NCBI GenBank assembly: GCA_049969215.1
Contig: JBMFPH010000002.1
Coordinates: forward strand, 1 to 53,378
Direction of reading: 5' to 3'
Length of the DNA stretch: 53,378 bases
Origin: Anaerolineae bacterium
GTDB lineage: Bacteria > Chloroflexota > Anaerolineae > 4572-78 > NAK82
This document shows, one piece after another, positions 19,815-29,004 of the stretch (its first letter is position 1; each line of letters opens with the position of its first letter). The position numbers were made by a program, and so were the translations under genes. The notes under the pieces were generated by a model. It was not told the origin of the DNA. It ran no database searches and saw only the letters and a list, made by a program, of their open reading frames with translations.

Positions 19815-20480
19815 TTATCTTGAGATCTCCAACCGGTAGCCCATGCGGCGCACTGTGCGGATATGTTGAGGGTGTTTGGGGTCTTCTTCTAACTTGCAGC
19901 GCAACCAACGAATATGAACTTCGATGGTGCGAGTGTCTCCTGCGTACTCAGTGCCCCAAACCTCCCGCATGAGCTCAATGCGACTGACATCCCGACCAGC
20001 ATTTCTCATGAGATAGGTGAGTAATGCCAGTTCTCTCGGGGTGAGATGACTGACCTGCCCGCGATACTTGACAGCACGTTTCAGCGTGTCCACACAGATA
20101 TCACCGACGCGCAGGAAACGATCGGGTTGTACCTTCAACGCCTTTTTCATGCGATAAGCGAGCTGGCGAGGAGAGAAGGGCATTATGAGATATGCGTCAC
20201 CACGCAGCTGCTCCCACTGCGTGTCATCATCGGAAATGATCAAGCGCGGAATCTCAAGATTGGAACGATCGAGCGCTTCGCAAACCCTCTGCGCATGTAG
20301 GAAGTTTCCTGCAGCATTTACCACCACTAGGTCCGGCCACTCGGCATATGCTTTGGCCATTGCTGTATAGGCGTCGCTCGCATGGATGACGGTGTATTTG
20401 CGTTTGCTCAAGGTCTGGCCGATGAATCCTTGTTCGGCTGCTTCGTCTCCCTCGACGAGTAGCACTAGCAGCGACTCCAT
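19815..20480 (-). CDS. OmpR/PhoB-family winged-helix regulator with atypical (pseudo-)receiver domain
   Basis: C-terminal trans_reg_C block HLTPRELALLTYLMRN...TIEVHIRWLRCKL...IRTVRRMGYRL. The receiver has PDLVVVNAAG where PDLVLLD is expected, and IMPF where KPF is expected. Confidence 0.8.
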   Translation of the reverse strand: MESLLVLLVEGDEAAEQGFIGQTLSKRKYTVIHASDAYTAMAKAYAEWPDLVVVNAAGNFLHAQRVCEALDRSNLEIPRLIISDDDTQWEQLRGDAYLIMPFSPRQLAYRMKKALKVQPDRFLRVGDICVDTLKRAVKYRGQVSHLTPRELALLTYLMRNAGRDVSRIELMREVWGTEYAGDTRTIEVHIRWLRCKLEEDPKHPQHIRTVRRMGYRLEISR

Positions 20481-20620
20481 GGTCTCCTCCCTCCAACCGG
20501 ACGCCCTTACTTGAGATCCTCATAGAGGTTGTTGAAAGATCTCTTCGGCCATTCAGATTTTAGTAGGAAAATAGGCCGATAAAGTAGGCAACCTGCACAT
20601 GTCCCTCACTATTGAGGGTG

Positions 20621-20649
20621 ATTATAGTGCAGTGCGCGAGCTGTAGCAA
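20621..20649 (-). promoter_or_regulatory. sigma70-type promoter for the atypical regulator gene
   Basis: On the minus strand: TTGCTA (20649-20644), 17-nt spacer, TATAAT (20626-20621), followed by hairpin CCCTCA-atag-TGAGGG. Leaves a ~140-nt leader. Confidence 0.5.
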
Positions 20650-20833
20650 CAAGGCCTATCCGCCTTCCCTTCCCTCCTGTTCCTAGAGTTTGAGAACCGC
20701 GAACTGGACGACACCCACAGTTTTTAGTGGCAAAAGGTGGGTCGGGTCCACATATCTAGTGGGATCAGCCGGTTATGTGAGCAGACTGCCTGTCTTGGTT
20801 TCCCCGAGTAGGGATCCGTTTTTCAAACCGTTC

Positions 20834-21658
20834 TCAAACTTTATCATTCCCTTCTTTGGCGGAACCCTCATCGCCTCGACCCATCATACCAGCAATCCAA
20901 CGGGCGAAAACCAGGTAGCCTGTGTGTCCCACCATAATGTCGGCCGGGCGCAATCGTTCCGCAACCGGTTTGTACGCGCGCAAGAGGATTTCTTCCACTT
21001 CAATGTGGGAAAAGTGGTGAGCTTCCAGGCCGGCGATCAACTGGCTCACCTGATTGGTGGTGGGCATCAATGCGCCGAAAAAGCCCCCTGGTTTCAGCGC
21101 TTGCCCAGCTTGTGATAGGTAGTCCCAGGGTGTGCGCACGTCCAAGAAGAGGGCATCCACTGCAGTTTCCTCAAAACCCTCGGCAATATCCTTAAACTTG
21201 AACTCCACCCACTCCTGTAATCCCAGCTGGGTAATGTTGCGGATGGCAAGGCGCTGCATATCCGGGCGATTTTCGTATGAGTAGACTCGCCCAAGCGGTG
21301 CGACGGCTCGTGCCAGCGCAATGGTCAACCCTCCACTGCCGCTGCCCGCCTCGATAACCCGCACGCCGGAGTGGATATTCATCTTGAGCAGAATGTAGCC
21401 AGCCTCCTTGGGATAGACAATTTGACTCTGACGGCGCACGTGCAGGATGAGGTCGTGCGTGGAGGGCTGCAACACCAGAAATGGCCTCCCCAACTGGGTC
21501 TTGATGACGCGCCCCCATGGCTGCCCGATGATCTCGTCATGACGGATGATACCCTCATGAGTGTGTAGGGCATCGCCAGCCCGCAGTGGCACAATAAAGC
21601 GCTTACCGCGGGAGCTAATCAGCAGTGCCAGATCCCCTTCCGTTGCCAGATCACTCAC
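20834..21658 (-). CDS. trmI: tRNA (adenine-N1)-methyltransferase, TrmI/Gcd14 family
   Basis: N-terminal beta domain GDLALLISSRGKRFIVPL, SAM motif VIEAGSGSGGLTIALARAV. GTG start overlaps the upstream stop (GTGA). Confidence 0.8.
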   Translation of the reverse strand: MSDLATEGDLALLISSRGKRFIVPLRAGDALHTHEGIIRHDEIIGQPWGRVIKTQLGRPFLVLQPSTHDLILHVRRQSQIVYPKEAGYILLKMNIHSGVRVIEAGSGSGGLTIALARAVAPLGRVYSYENRPDMQRLAIRNITQLGLQEWVEFKFKDIAEGFEETAVDALFLDVRTPWDYLSQAGQALKPGGFFGALMPTTNQVSQLIAGLEAHHFSHIEVEEILLRAYKPVAERLRPADIMVGHTGYLVFARWIAGMMGRGDEGSAKEGNDKV

Positions 21659-22341
21659 GCGTGCCTCCCTTCCTCGCCCAAAGGGATCAAGCGCGCCAGC
21701 TGGGTCATCCAGCGCATCAACTCAGCTGAGGAGAAATGCTGAATTTCGGAGAAAGCGAAGCTGACCAGCACGTGCGGGGCGTCAGCGCGTATGGCCACGC
21801 GATGCGGCATATATCGTGCGTCGGCAACGTGGGTGAGGATCTTGTCCACGAGGTGGTCAGATGAGTTGCTCTCCGGACAATAAAGGTGATAAGCACCCCG
21901 TGTCGTCGCCAAGGGCCACTGCAGATGCTCCGCCTGGGCTTTTCCACGGCGACCCAGCTCGCACGTAGGGTTGACGATCTCCACCTCTATGCGCGGGTTG
22001 CGCTGGAGTGTCAGGTGGAAAAACATGATGTCGGAGTGTCGGTGAATCCATTCCCACAGCCAAATGGGCAACACTTCTCGCGAGAGCAACACGACCGAAG
22101 CCGTGACCACGGCGAAAGGTGCACGCGCTTGGGTGATCTTGACGCGAAAGGCAGTGCGATTGACCGCTTGCACCATCGGCATCCCTCCCAGCGTGCGCAT
22201 GCCCGGCTCGAGCCAGGTGCTGATGGCACGCGCCCGCCCTCGGTTCACGGCGCGCCCGATCAAATAGCCGACAATCAGGACGCTGGCCAGAGCGACGATG
22301 AACAGCGTAAACGGATCATTCAGAGAAAGAGGTGTGGACAA
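21655..22341 (-). CDS. hypothetical membrane-anchored protein (start uncertain)
   Basis: ORF is open to 22518. One TM FTLFIVALASVLIVGYLIG. Candidate starts are TTG 22341 (GGGGG 7 nt upstream) and GTG 22428. No recognised family. Confidence 0.45.
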   Translation of the reverse strand: MSTPLSLNDPFTLFIVALASVLIVGYLIGRAVNRGRARAISTWLEPGMRTLGGMPMVQAVNRTAFRVKITQARAPFAVVTASVVLLSREVLPIWLWEWIHRHSDIMFFHLTLQRNPRIEVEIVNPTCELGRRGKAQAEHLQWPLATTRGAYHLYCPESNSSDHLVDKILTHVADARYMPHRVAIRADAPHVLVSFAFSEIQHFSSAELMRWMTQLARLIPLGEEGRHA

Positions 22342-22450
22342 TGTTTGCCCCCGGTACCCAGAACAAGCGATGAATGCAACGGGATATTCTCCCGCGCTCG
22401 GTCGGCCCCCTCTCTTCCGTCTTGTCACTACACGGAGAGAACGCGGATCA

Positions 22451-22642
22451 CTAGGGCTGGGGCGACACAATCGGCACGGGGGTGACCGTCTCGTAATAAG
22501 ACGGGACGACAAGGGCATCGATCACGAAGCCGATAGCCATGCTCAATACGATCAAAAGGCTCAGAATATAGAAGACGATGCGCGCAATCGAGCGTTTCCG
22601 TTTCGCTGCCGCTGTGCTCCTCGTCTGTTGCTTACGCGCCAT
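22451..22642 (-). CDS. small hypothetical membrane protein (63 aa)
   Basis: Basic N-terminus, one TM IVFYILSLLIVLSMAIGFVI. GGGAG 8 nt before the ATG and its own promoter upstream. Confidence 0.4.
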   Translation of the reverse strand: MARKQQTRSTAAAKRKRSIARIVFYILSLLIVLSMAIGFVIDALVVPSYYETVTPVPIVSPQP

Positions 22643-22694
22643 AGCGATCTCCCGTGCGCTTCAGCTTTCTGCCCTCCGCTGGAATCGACACGCC

Positions 22695-22723
22695 ATTATA
22701 CCATCGTCCGATGCGACGCCCAA
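22695..22723 (-). promoter_or_regulatory. promoter of the small-ORF/hypothetical/trmI operon
   Basis: On the minus strand: TTGGGC (22723-22718), 17-nt spacer, TGgTATAAT with TATAAT at 22700-22695. Confidence 0.45.
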
Positions 22724-22771
22724 TTGAGCGGATGACAATCCCCTCCTCCGGACAGTTCAAGGACGTTCCTT

Positions 22772-24793
22772 TTACGGCTCTGCCAGCCGTGGTCGGCCAG
22801 ACGCCGTAGCCACCACCTCGCTTCCCAGAAAGATCTCCATTCCTCTGACGTTTACGATTTCGTCATGCCGCTGGGTTTGCACGTAGGCATGGATAGCGCC
22901 TGCTGCGTATGCGCGTTTCTCCGCCAGGGACGTGGCTGCTTCTGTAGCACAAGCGGCCGCTTCTTCCAGGGTGGCGAAGTCTCGGATGCCATCCGGCAGG
23001 TGGACGCGGAAGGCTTCATCGCCCAGTGGTCTGATCTGTACGCGCACCACCTGGGTGATGCCACCCACGACGGCACCCACCGCATTGGCAATCGGGGCAT
23101 GCGGGGGAATGCACAGGTGGGTGTGCAACCGCTCTGCCACGGGCGGATAGTAGGTACTCACTGGAGCTCCGATAGCTACCAAGATGCGGTTGAGCATCAG
23201 GGAAACCCCTAGAGCGCCATTGTGCCCGTTGCGCGCTGCCAGCGCTTGATCGATGAATAACTGCCGCGCCGGCAGACATGGCTCCAGATTCACCCCATAT
23301 TCTTCCTCCGCTACCACGTTCACCACCGCCCGGCCGGCTTGCAGGATGAGCTGGCGCAATACGCTGGCACATAAAGCTTCCACGTCGTCGTCTTGCACCG
23401 TCGGCACGCCACGATGCGTGCGCAGCCAAAGCACGGCGCCCAGGTAAGCCGCCTCGCGCGACCAATCGCGTTGGTGCCCCATGATGTGCGCAGCATCCGT
23501 CGGGGTGAACCCACTCGCAATCAACCACCCCTGTTCGATCAGGTGATTCACCGCCTGACGGATGAGATAACCGCTGCGTGCGCCTGCCACAAGTTGCTCC
23601 AGCGGCACCGGACCGGATGCCGTCGCCTCCCATATCTGCTGCTCTAGCGGCGAGAGTGCATTGCCGGCCCCATTAAGTGGGCGCTGACGCACCACAAATT
23701 GGCCATCATGTGGGCCCGGCTTGCGCTTGTGGTGTTGCTGATGGAGCACTTCTAACACTGCAGGATATTGATGCGCCAGCAAACTAAGAGGAACGAGACG
23801 GCGCGGGCCGATAGTGATTCCCTCCCATTCTGTGTTGGATGGTTGTACCTCGCTGTCGCCACCCAAGCCAAAAGTGTGGATAGCAACTGCCTCCACCATC
23901 GTGCGCCAATTCCCCACGATGGCACCCTCACGGTTGAGCGTGGGGCGTCCGTCGCGTACGACCGCGATGTCCGTGGTCGTGCCACCCATATCGACCACGA
24001 CCATATCCCGCTCTCCGGAGAGGTAGCGTGCGCCGATCACGCTGGCGGCAGGACCGGAGAGAATGGTCTCCACCGGACGCTCCAGAGCGACCTGCGCCTC
24101 AACCAGCGAGCCATCACCTTTTACCACCATCAATGGCGCTCTGATTCTCTTCTCGCTCAGCAGAGCGCGCACTGCCACGATGAGCTGGTGCAAGAAGGGG
24201 ATCAAACGCGCATTTAGTGCTGCTGTCAGCGCACGGCGCGGTGCGTTCAGGTTTGCGCTCAGCTCGTGGCCACATGTCACCGGCAGGTCGGTTAGCTCAC
24301 GGATCAGCTGGCGCACCTTGATCTCATGCTCCGGATTGCGCACGGCAAAATAGCCCGATACGGCAAACGCAGCCACACGCGCCGCATTCTCTTCGATGGC
24401 TTGGCGCGCTGCGGCCAGATCAAGGGGCGCTTGTTCCTCGCCCATCACCGTGTGGCCGCCCTCGATGAAGACCACCGGATCGCCTTTCATCACCTGTCCG
24501 AGTCCCTCATACTCCAGTGCGTCATGCGGATAACCGATCAGCAGGAGACAGATAGGCGCTCCTTGGCCCTCAACAACAGCGTTGGTCGCCAAAGTGGTTG
24601 AAAGAGATACCAAGCGGACCGCAGGGATGAGATGGGCATCGATCAACACCCGCTCCACCGCTTCGCGGATGCCGACGGTGAGGTCATACTTGGTGGTCAG
24701 CGCCTTGGCCGAAGCGATGACCCCGTGAGACTCATCGAAGAGAACCGCGTCCGTGTACGTGCCACCAGTGTCAATCCCCAGAAAGAGAGCCAT
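22772..24793 (-). CDS. hydantoinase/oxoprolinase family protein (HyuA-like)
   Basis: MALFLGIDTGGTYTDAVLFD N-terminus and a second actin-fold phosphate motif VVVDMGGTTTDIAV. 673 aa. RBS GAGGAA. Confidence 0.85.
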   Translation of the reverse strand: MALFLGIDTGGTYTDAVLFDESHGVIASAKALTTKYDLTVGIREAVERVLIDAHLIPAVRLVSLSTTLATNAVVEGQGAPICLLLIGYPHDALEYEGLGQVMKGDPVVFIEGGHTVMGEEQAPLDLAAARQAIEENAARVAAFAVSGYFAVRNPEHEIKVRQLIRELTDLPVTCGHELSANLNAPRRALTAALNARLIPFLHQLIVAVRALLSEKRIRAPLMVVKGDGSLVEAQVALERPVETILSGPAASVIGARYLSGERDMVVVDMGGTTTDIAVVRDGRPTLNREGAIVGNWRTMVEAVAIHTFGLGGDSEVQPSNTEWEGITIGPRRLVPLSLLAHQYPAVLEVLHQQHHKRKPGPHDGQFVVRQRPLNGAGNALSPLEQQIWEATASGPVPLEQLVAGARSGYLIRQAVNHLIEQGWLIASGFTPTDAAHIMGHQRDWSREAAYLGAVLWLRTHRGVPTVQDDDVEALCASVLRQLILQAGRAVVNVVAEEEYGVNLEPCLPARQLFIDQALAARNGHNGALGVSLMLNRILVAIGAPVSTYYPPVAERLHTHLCIPPHAPIANAVGAVVGGITQVVRVQIRPLGDEAFRVHLPDGIRDFATLEEAAACATEAATSLAEKRAYAAGAIHAYVQTQRHDEIVNVRGMEIFLGSEVVATASGRPRLAEP

Positions 24794-25015
24794 AGTTCCT
24801 CATCGTGTTGTGGCTGACGGTCGATGCCTCGGCGTAGTCAGGTGTCCCGCGGGCATATGGCATAGATCGCCAGCACAGGGTAGAATGCAGCCATAGTATA
24901 CGACTGCACCACCGATCCGACAACTGGGATGGTTGCAGGATGCGGGTCGTCTACGTGGTGTTCACGCTGCGCTCATGGAGATCACCCGCCTCATGCACAG
25001 GCTGGAGGAGACTGA

Positions 25016-26041
25016 ATGTGCCCACTTGGCTTTCGACGTGCTTTTTACTTGGTGCTGATGGGGCTACTCGTGCCGGTTCTGCTGTGGCAGCCACAGCATG
25101 CGTTGCAATGGTACATCGCGTCGCTTACACAGGCAGATGAAACGAGCCATCCCGATTTTGCGATCGTTGTCCTGTCGGACACCCAGAATTACGCTCAAAG
25201 CTATCCACACATCTTTGAGGCACAAACGCGATGGATTGTGCGCCATCGGGAAGCGTATCAGATCGCGTACGTTGTTCACGCAGGGGATATCGTCAATACG
25301 GCCTCTTCTACGCGCCAGTGGGAGAATGCGTCCGCTGCCATGGCTATATTGGAAGACCCTCTCACGACGAATCTTCCGGATGGCATTCCTTATGGCATCC
25401 TGCCCGGCAACCACGACTTTCCCACCGAGAATTACAACCTCTATTTCGGGGTGCAGCGCTTCGCGGGTCGCAGTTATTATGGTGGTCACTATGGAGAGGA
25501 CAACAATAACAACTATGGGTTGTTCAGCGCGGGCGGTATGGATTTCATTGTGATCAACTTGCAGTATCGTCCGGGCGGCGACATCCTCGCATGGGCGGAC
25601 GCGCTGCTGAAAGCTTATCCCGATCGGCGTGCGATTGTGGTCTCACACGAGATTCTGGATGTGGATGCTTCTTTCACTTTTCTGGGCCAGGCGATTTACC
25701 GCGCATTGCGCGATAACCCCAATCTGTTCCTGTTACTGTGTGGCCACGTACACACGGAAGCGTGGCGAATGGACATGTATCAAGGGCGTGTGATCTACAC
25801 CCTGCTGGCCGACTATCAGGATGAACCGAACGGCGGCAACGGTTGGTTGCGTGTTCTACAGTTCTCTCCGCGCGACCACGTCATTCGGGTTATGACATAC
25901 TCGCCCACCCTGGATCGCTACCAAACCGATGCGGACAGCCAATTCATACTCCCGTATGATATGCCACCGCACAGCACATATCTACCCATAATTGTTTCAC
26001 GCGCGCACGTGACAAACCGGCCGCGCTTGGACGTAAGCTAG
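25016..26041 (+). CDS. secreted calcineurin-like metallophosphoesterase
   Basis: Hydrophobic signal-like N-terminus; motifs VVLSDTQNY, HAGDIVN, LPGNHDF, VSHE, CGHVH. RBS GGAGGAG. Confidence 0.8.
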   Translation: MCPLGFRRAFYLVLMGLLVPVLLWQPQHALQWYIASLTQADETSHPDFAIVVLSDTQNYAQSYPHIFEAQTRWIVRHREAYQIAYVVHAGDIVNTASSTRQWENASAAMAILEDPLTTNLPDGIPYGILPGNHDFPTENYNLYFGVQRFAGRSYYGGHYGEDNNNNYGLFSAGGMDFIVINLQYRPGGDILAWADALLKAYPDRRAIVVSHEILDVDASFTFLGQAIYRALRDNPNLFLLLCGHVHTEAWRMDMYQGRVIYTLLADYQDEPNGGNGWLRVLQFSPRDHVIRVMTYSPTLDRYQTDADSQFILPYDMPPHSTYLPIIVSRAHVTNRPRLDVS

Positions 26042-26064
26042 GTACCCCTGAGCCAGGGAAAGAA

Positions 26065-26094
26065 TTGACAACCCAGTCGCATGCGTGTTAAGAT
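26065..26094 (+). promoter_or_regulatory. sigma70-type promoter of the LacI/SDR/.../glycosyltransferase operon
   Basis: TTGACA (26065-26070), 17-18-nt spacer, TTAAGAT (26088-26094). Confidence 0.5.
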
Positions 26095-26098
26095 GTTT

Positions 26099-26110
26099 GT
26101 GAGCGCTCAC
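26099..26110. promoter_or_regulatory. LacI-type operator, perfect 12-bp palindrome
   Basis: GTGAGCGCTCAC lies immediately downstream of the -10 and about 45 nt upstream of the LacI-family GTG start. Confidence 0.55.
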
Positions 26111-26154
26111 GAGAGCGGTCACAGGAGTGCTTTTGAGGATCGGGGGCGATCACG

Positions 26155-27153
26155 GTGAGACATCGAGTCACCATTGAGGATGTCGCACGAGCGGCGGGGG
26201 TCTCACGTCAGACGGTCTCACGTGCGATTAACAACAAGGGTGAGATCAGCCCACTCACGTTGGAGCGCGTGAGGGATGCCATCCAGCGGCTGGGTTATCG
26301 TCCCAGCTGGGTGGCACGCGGTCTGGCCACGCAACGCACCCGCACGCTCGGCTTGGTCGTGCCGGACATCACTAACCCTTTCTTTCCTGAAGTGGCACGG
26401 GGTGTGCAGGATGCAGCGCGTGCCAGAGATTATCACGTATTCCTATATAACACGGATGAGAGCGCCGAGCGGGAGCATCAGATTCTCTATTCGCTGGCAT
26501 CGCAACCGGTAGATGGCATCCTGCTGTTCGGTTCGCGCATCGCCGACGCTGATCTGCTCGCCTTTGTGGAATTTTATCGCCCGCTTGTCGTGCTCAACCG
26601 TCCCATCACGCATCCCGGAGTGGGGATGGTGCTGGTGGATAACCTGGCCGGCGCTCGACTGGCGGTCGAGCACTTTGTACGCCGGGGACATCGTCACATC
26701 GGCATGCTGGCTGGGCCGCCTGCCTCGCCCAGCAGCGTCCAACGGGTGGAGGGCTTCCGCAGCGCCCTTGCCGAACATCGCTTGCCTTTTCAAGAGAGTT
26801 ACATCGTGCCGGGCCCACCCACCTTAGATGGTGGACGGGTCATCGCTGAGCAGCTGTTGCGTCGTCATCTAGAGATCACCGCCTTATTGGCTTACAACGA
26901 TGTGATGGCCTTGGGTGCGGTGCAAACATGTGTGGCATTGGGATATCGCGTGCCAGAACAACGCGCCGTCATCGGCTTTGATGACATCTGGATCGCCGCG
27001 CTGACCCATCCGGCATTGACCACCATCCGGGTGAACAAATACGAAGTGGGATATCGAGCGACACAGTGCTTGTTGTCCATGATAGAAGATGTCACCCAAT
27101 GTCCTCCTGTGGTTGAGATCGGAGTCGAATTGGTCATCCGCGAGTCGGCATAA
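26155..27153 (+). CDS. LacI family transcriptional regulator
   Basis: HTH VTIEDVARAAGVSRQTVSRAINN...YRPSWVARGLA. GTG start with a GGGGG upstream. Confidence 0.9.
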   Translation: MRHRVTIEDVARAAGVSRQTVSRAINNKGEISPLTLERVRDAIQRLGYRPSWVARGLATQRTRTLGLVVPDITNPFFPEVARGVQDAARARDYHVFLYNTDESAEREHQILYSLASQPVDGILLFGSRIADADLLAFVEFYRPLVVLNRPITHPGVGMVLVDNLAGARLAVEHFVRRGHRHIGMLAGPPASPSSVQRVEGFRSALAEHRLPFQESYIVPGPPTLDGGRVIAEQLLRRHLEITALLAYNDVMALGAVQTCVALGYRVPEQRAVIGFDDIWIAALTHPALTTIRVNKYEVGYRATQCLLSMIEDVTQCPPVVEIGVELVIRESA

Positions 27154-27185
27154 GGCCGCTCTCAGCATAACGAGGGGTGGAATGT

Positions 27186-28022
27186 ATGGATATGTCAGAT
27201 ATCACGCGAATGTATGATTTCACGGGTCACATCGTGCTGATCACGGGAGGCGCTGGCATCCTAGGAGGTGAGATGGCATGTGCTATGGCCAGCTTGGGCG
27301 CCAATGTGGTCATTCTCGATCGCGACCCCGCATTGGCTGATCGTCTGATGGAACGTCTGAACCTCTGCAGCGGGCGCGCTCTGGTCGTGTATGGCGATGT
27401 GCTGAAACGGGATACCCTCATCAAGGCGGATGAGGTCATCCGCTCGGAGTTCGGCGAGAGCCCTGACATGCTCATCAACGCGGCAGGGGGCAACAATCCG
27501 CGCGCCACCACGGGACCGGACAAAAGTTTCTTTGACATCGGCGTGGACGATTTACGCTTTGTGTTCGACCTGAACGCCATCGGCACCATTGTCACCAGCC
27601 AGGTCTTCGGGCGGCGCATGGCGGAGAAGGGCTATGGAGTTATCTTGAACGTCTCCTCGATGAACGCCTTTCGTCCGCTGACCCGCGTGGTGGCTTACTC
27701 GGCAGCTAAAGCAGCTGTCACCAACTTCACCCAATGGCTGGCGGTGCACATGGCCAAGGAGTACAGCCCCAACATCCGGGTGAATGCCATTGCACCTGGT
27801 TTTATGCTCACCGAACAAAACCGCTACCTCTTGATCGATCAGGAGACGGGAGAGCTCACCCCACGCGGCAAAGCAATCATCGAACACACGCCACAAGGCC
27901 GTTTCGGAACACCCGAAGACCTGCTAGGCACCGTATTATGGTTGCTCTCGCCTGCCTCAGCCCATGTGACCGGTATCGTGGTGCCGGTGGATGGCGGGTT
28001 CTCTGCCTTCAGCGGGGTGTAA
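27186..28022 (+). CDS. SDR family oxidoreductase (sugar-acid dehydrogenase/reductase-like)
   Basis: TGGAGILG cofactor motif, NAAG, catalytic YSAAKAA. ATG 27186 preferred over the track's GTG 27177 (GAGGGG upstream). Confidence 0.85.
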   Translation: MDMSDITRMYDFTGHIVLITGGAGILGGEMACAMASLGANVVILDRDPALADRLMERLNLCSGRALVVYGDVLKRDTLIKADEVIRSEFGESPDMLINAAGGNNPRATTGPDKSFFDIGVDDLRFVFDLNAIGTIVTSQVFGRRMAEKGYGVILNVSSMNAFRPLTRVVAYSAAKAAVTNFTQWLAVHMAKEYSPNIRVNAIAPGFMLTEQNRYLLIDQETGELTPRGKAIIEHTPQGRFGTPEDLLGTVLWLLSPASAHVTGIVVPVDGGFSAFSGV

Positions 28023-28103
28023 AGAGGCAGCAAGCAGCAAAGTTCACGCAGCGAGACCGAAAATGAATTTTGCAGATCACTTTAACACGGAGGTTCATAC
28101 ACG

Positions 28104-29000
28104 ATGGCAGAGTATCCTGATGCAGCACGTCCTCTGGCAGAGCTTAAGGCACGTCACAAGTTCTTCATCGGCATCGATTCGGACGGGTGCGCCTTCGATA
28201 CGATGGAGATCAAACACAAAGAGTGTTTCTGTCCCAATACGATCAAGTATTGGAATTTGCAAGGTGTGTCCAAATATGCGCGCGAGGCAGTGGAGTTTGT
28301 TAATCTATACTCCAAATGGCGTGGCATCAATCGCTGGCCAGCATTGGTGATGGTCTTCGACCTGCTGCGCGAACGGTCAGAGGTGATTGCGCGCAAGATC
28401 CCTATCACAGAAGCAAAGGCACTGCGCGCGTTTATCGACTCTGGCCTGCCGCTCAGCAACGACGGGCTGAAAAAGTACCTCGCGGCGCATTATCACCCCG
28501 AGCTGGAACAAGGGCTGGCCTGGAGCGAGGCGGTCAACGCCGCGGTCGCCGATATGGTGCACGGTGTGCCTCCCTTCCCCTACGTCCGCGAAAGCCTGGA
28601 GATGATGTACGAAGATGCAGATATGATTGTAATGAGCGCTACGCCCACCGAGGCGTTGGTGCGTGAGTGGCAGGAGCACAACCTGGATCGTTATATTCGC
28701 GTGATTGCCGGGCAAGAGATGGGCAGCAAAACACAGCACCTGGCCATAGCCGCCAGCGGTAAGTATCCATCGGAGAACATTTTAGTGATCGGCGACGCTC
28801 CGGGAGACATGAAGGCGGCCAAGGCGAACAATGCGCTGTTCTATCCGATCAACCCTGGAGCGGAGAACGAGTCCTGGGAACGTTTCTTCAAGGAGGCATA
28901 TCGACGCTTTGTCACCGGCACCTACGCCGGCGCATATGAGCAAGCGCTCATCGCCGAGTTCGAGGCAAGGCTGCCCGAGGTGCCACCGTGGAAGAGGTAG
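28104..29000 (+). CDS. HAD superfamily hydrolase (phosphatase-like)
   Basis: Motif I FIGIDSDGCAFDT (DxDxx) and motif IV VIGDAPGDMKAA. Subfamily not recognised. Confidence 0.6.
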   Translation: MAEYPDAARPLAELKARHKFFIGIDSDGCAFDTMEIKHKECFCPNTIKYWNLQGVSKYAREAVEFVNLYSKWRGINRWPALVMVFDLLRERSEVIARKIPITEAKALRAFIDSGLPLSNDGLKKYLAAHYHPELEQGLAWSEAVNAAVADMVHGVPPFPYVRESLEMMYEDADMIVMSATPTEALVREWQEHNLDRYIRVIAGQEMGSKTQHLAIAASGKYPSENILVIGDAPGDMKAAKANNALFYPINPGAENESWERFFKEAYRRFVTGTYAGAYEQALIAEFEARLPEVPPWKR

Positions 29001-29004
29001 GCGG

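Noticed and set aside
20650-20833. Possible tRNA or sRNA in the 185-bp gap between trmI and the regulator promoter
   Set aside because: No T-arm (GGTTCRANYC) or cloverleaf. Only 4-bp stems (GTGG/CCAC) with short T-runs are present, so this is probably just a weak trmI terminator region.
23016-23633. 205-aa alternative-frame ORF inside the hydantoinase gene; similar long antisense or alternative-frame ORFs include 9733..10293, 15689..16327, 28948..29556, 30294..30986 and 33411..34058
   Set aside because: Each lies entirely within a well-supported CDS on the other frame or strand. They are Arg/Gly/Ala-rich, as expected for GC-rich shadow ORFs, and carry no motifs.
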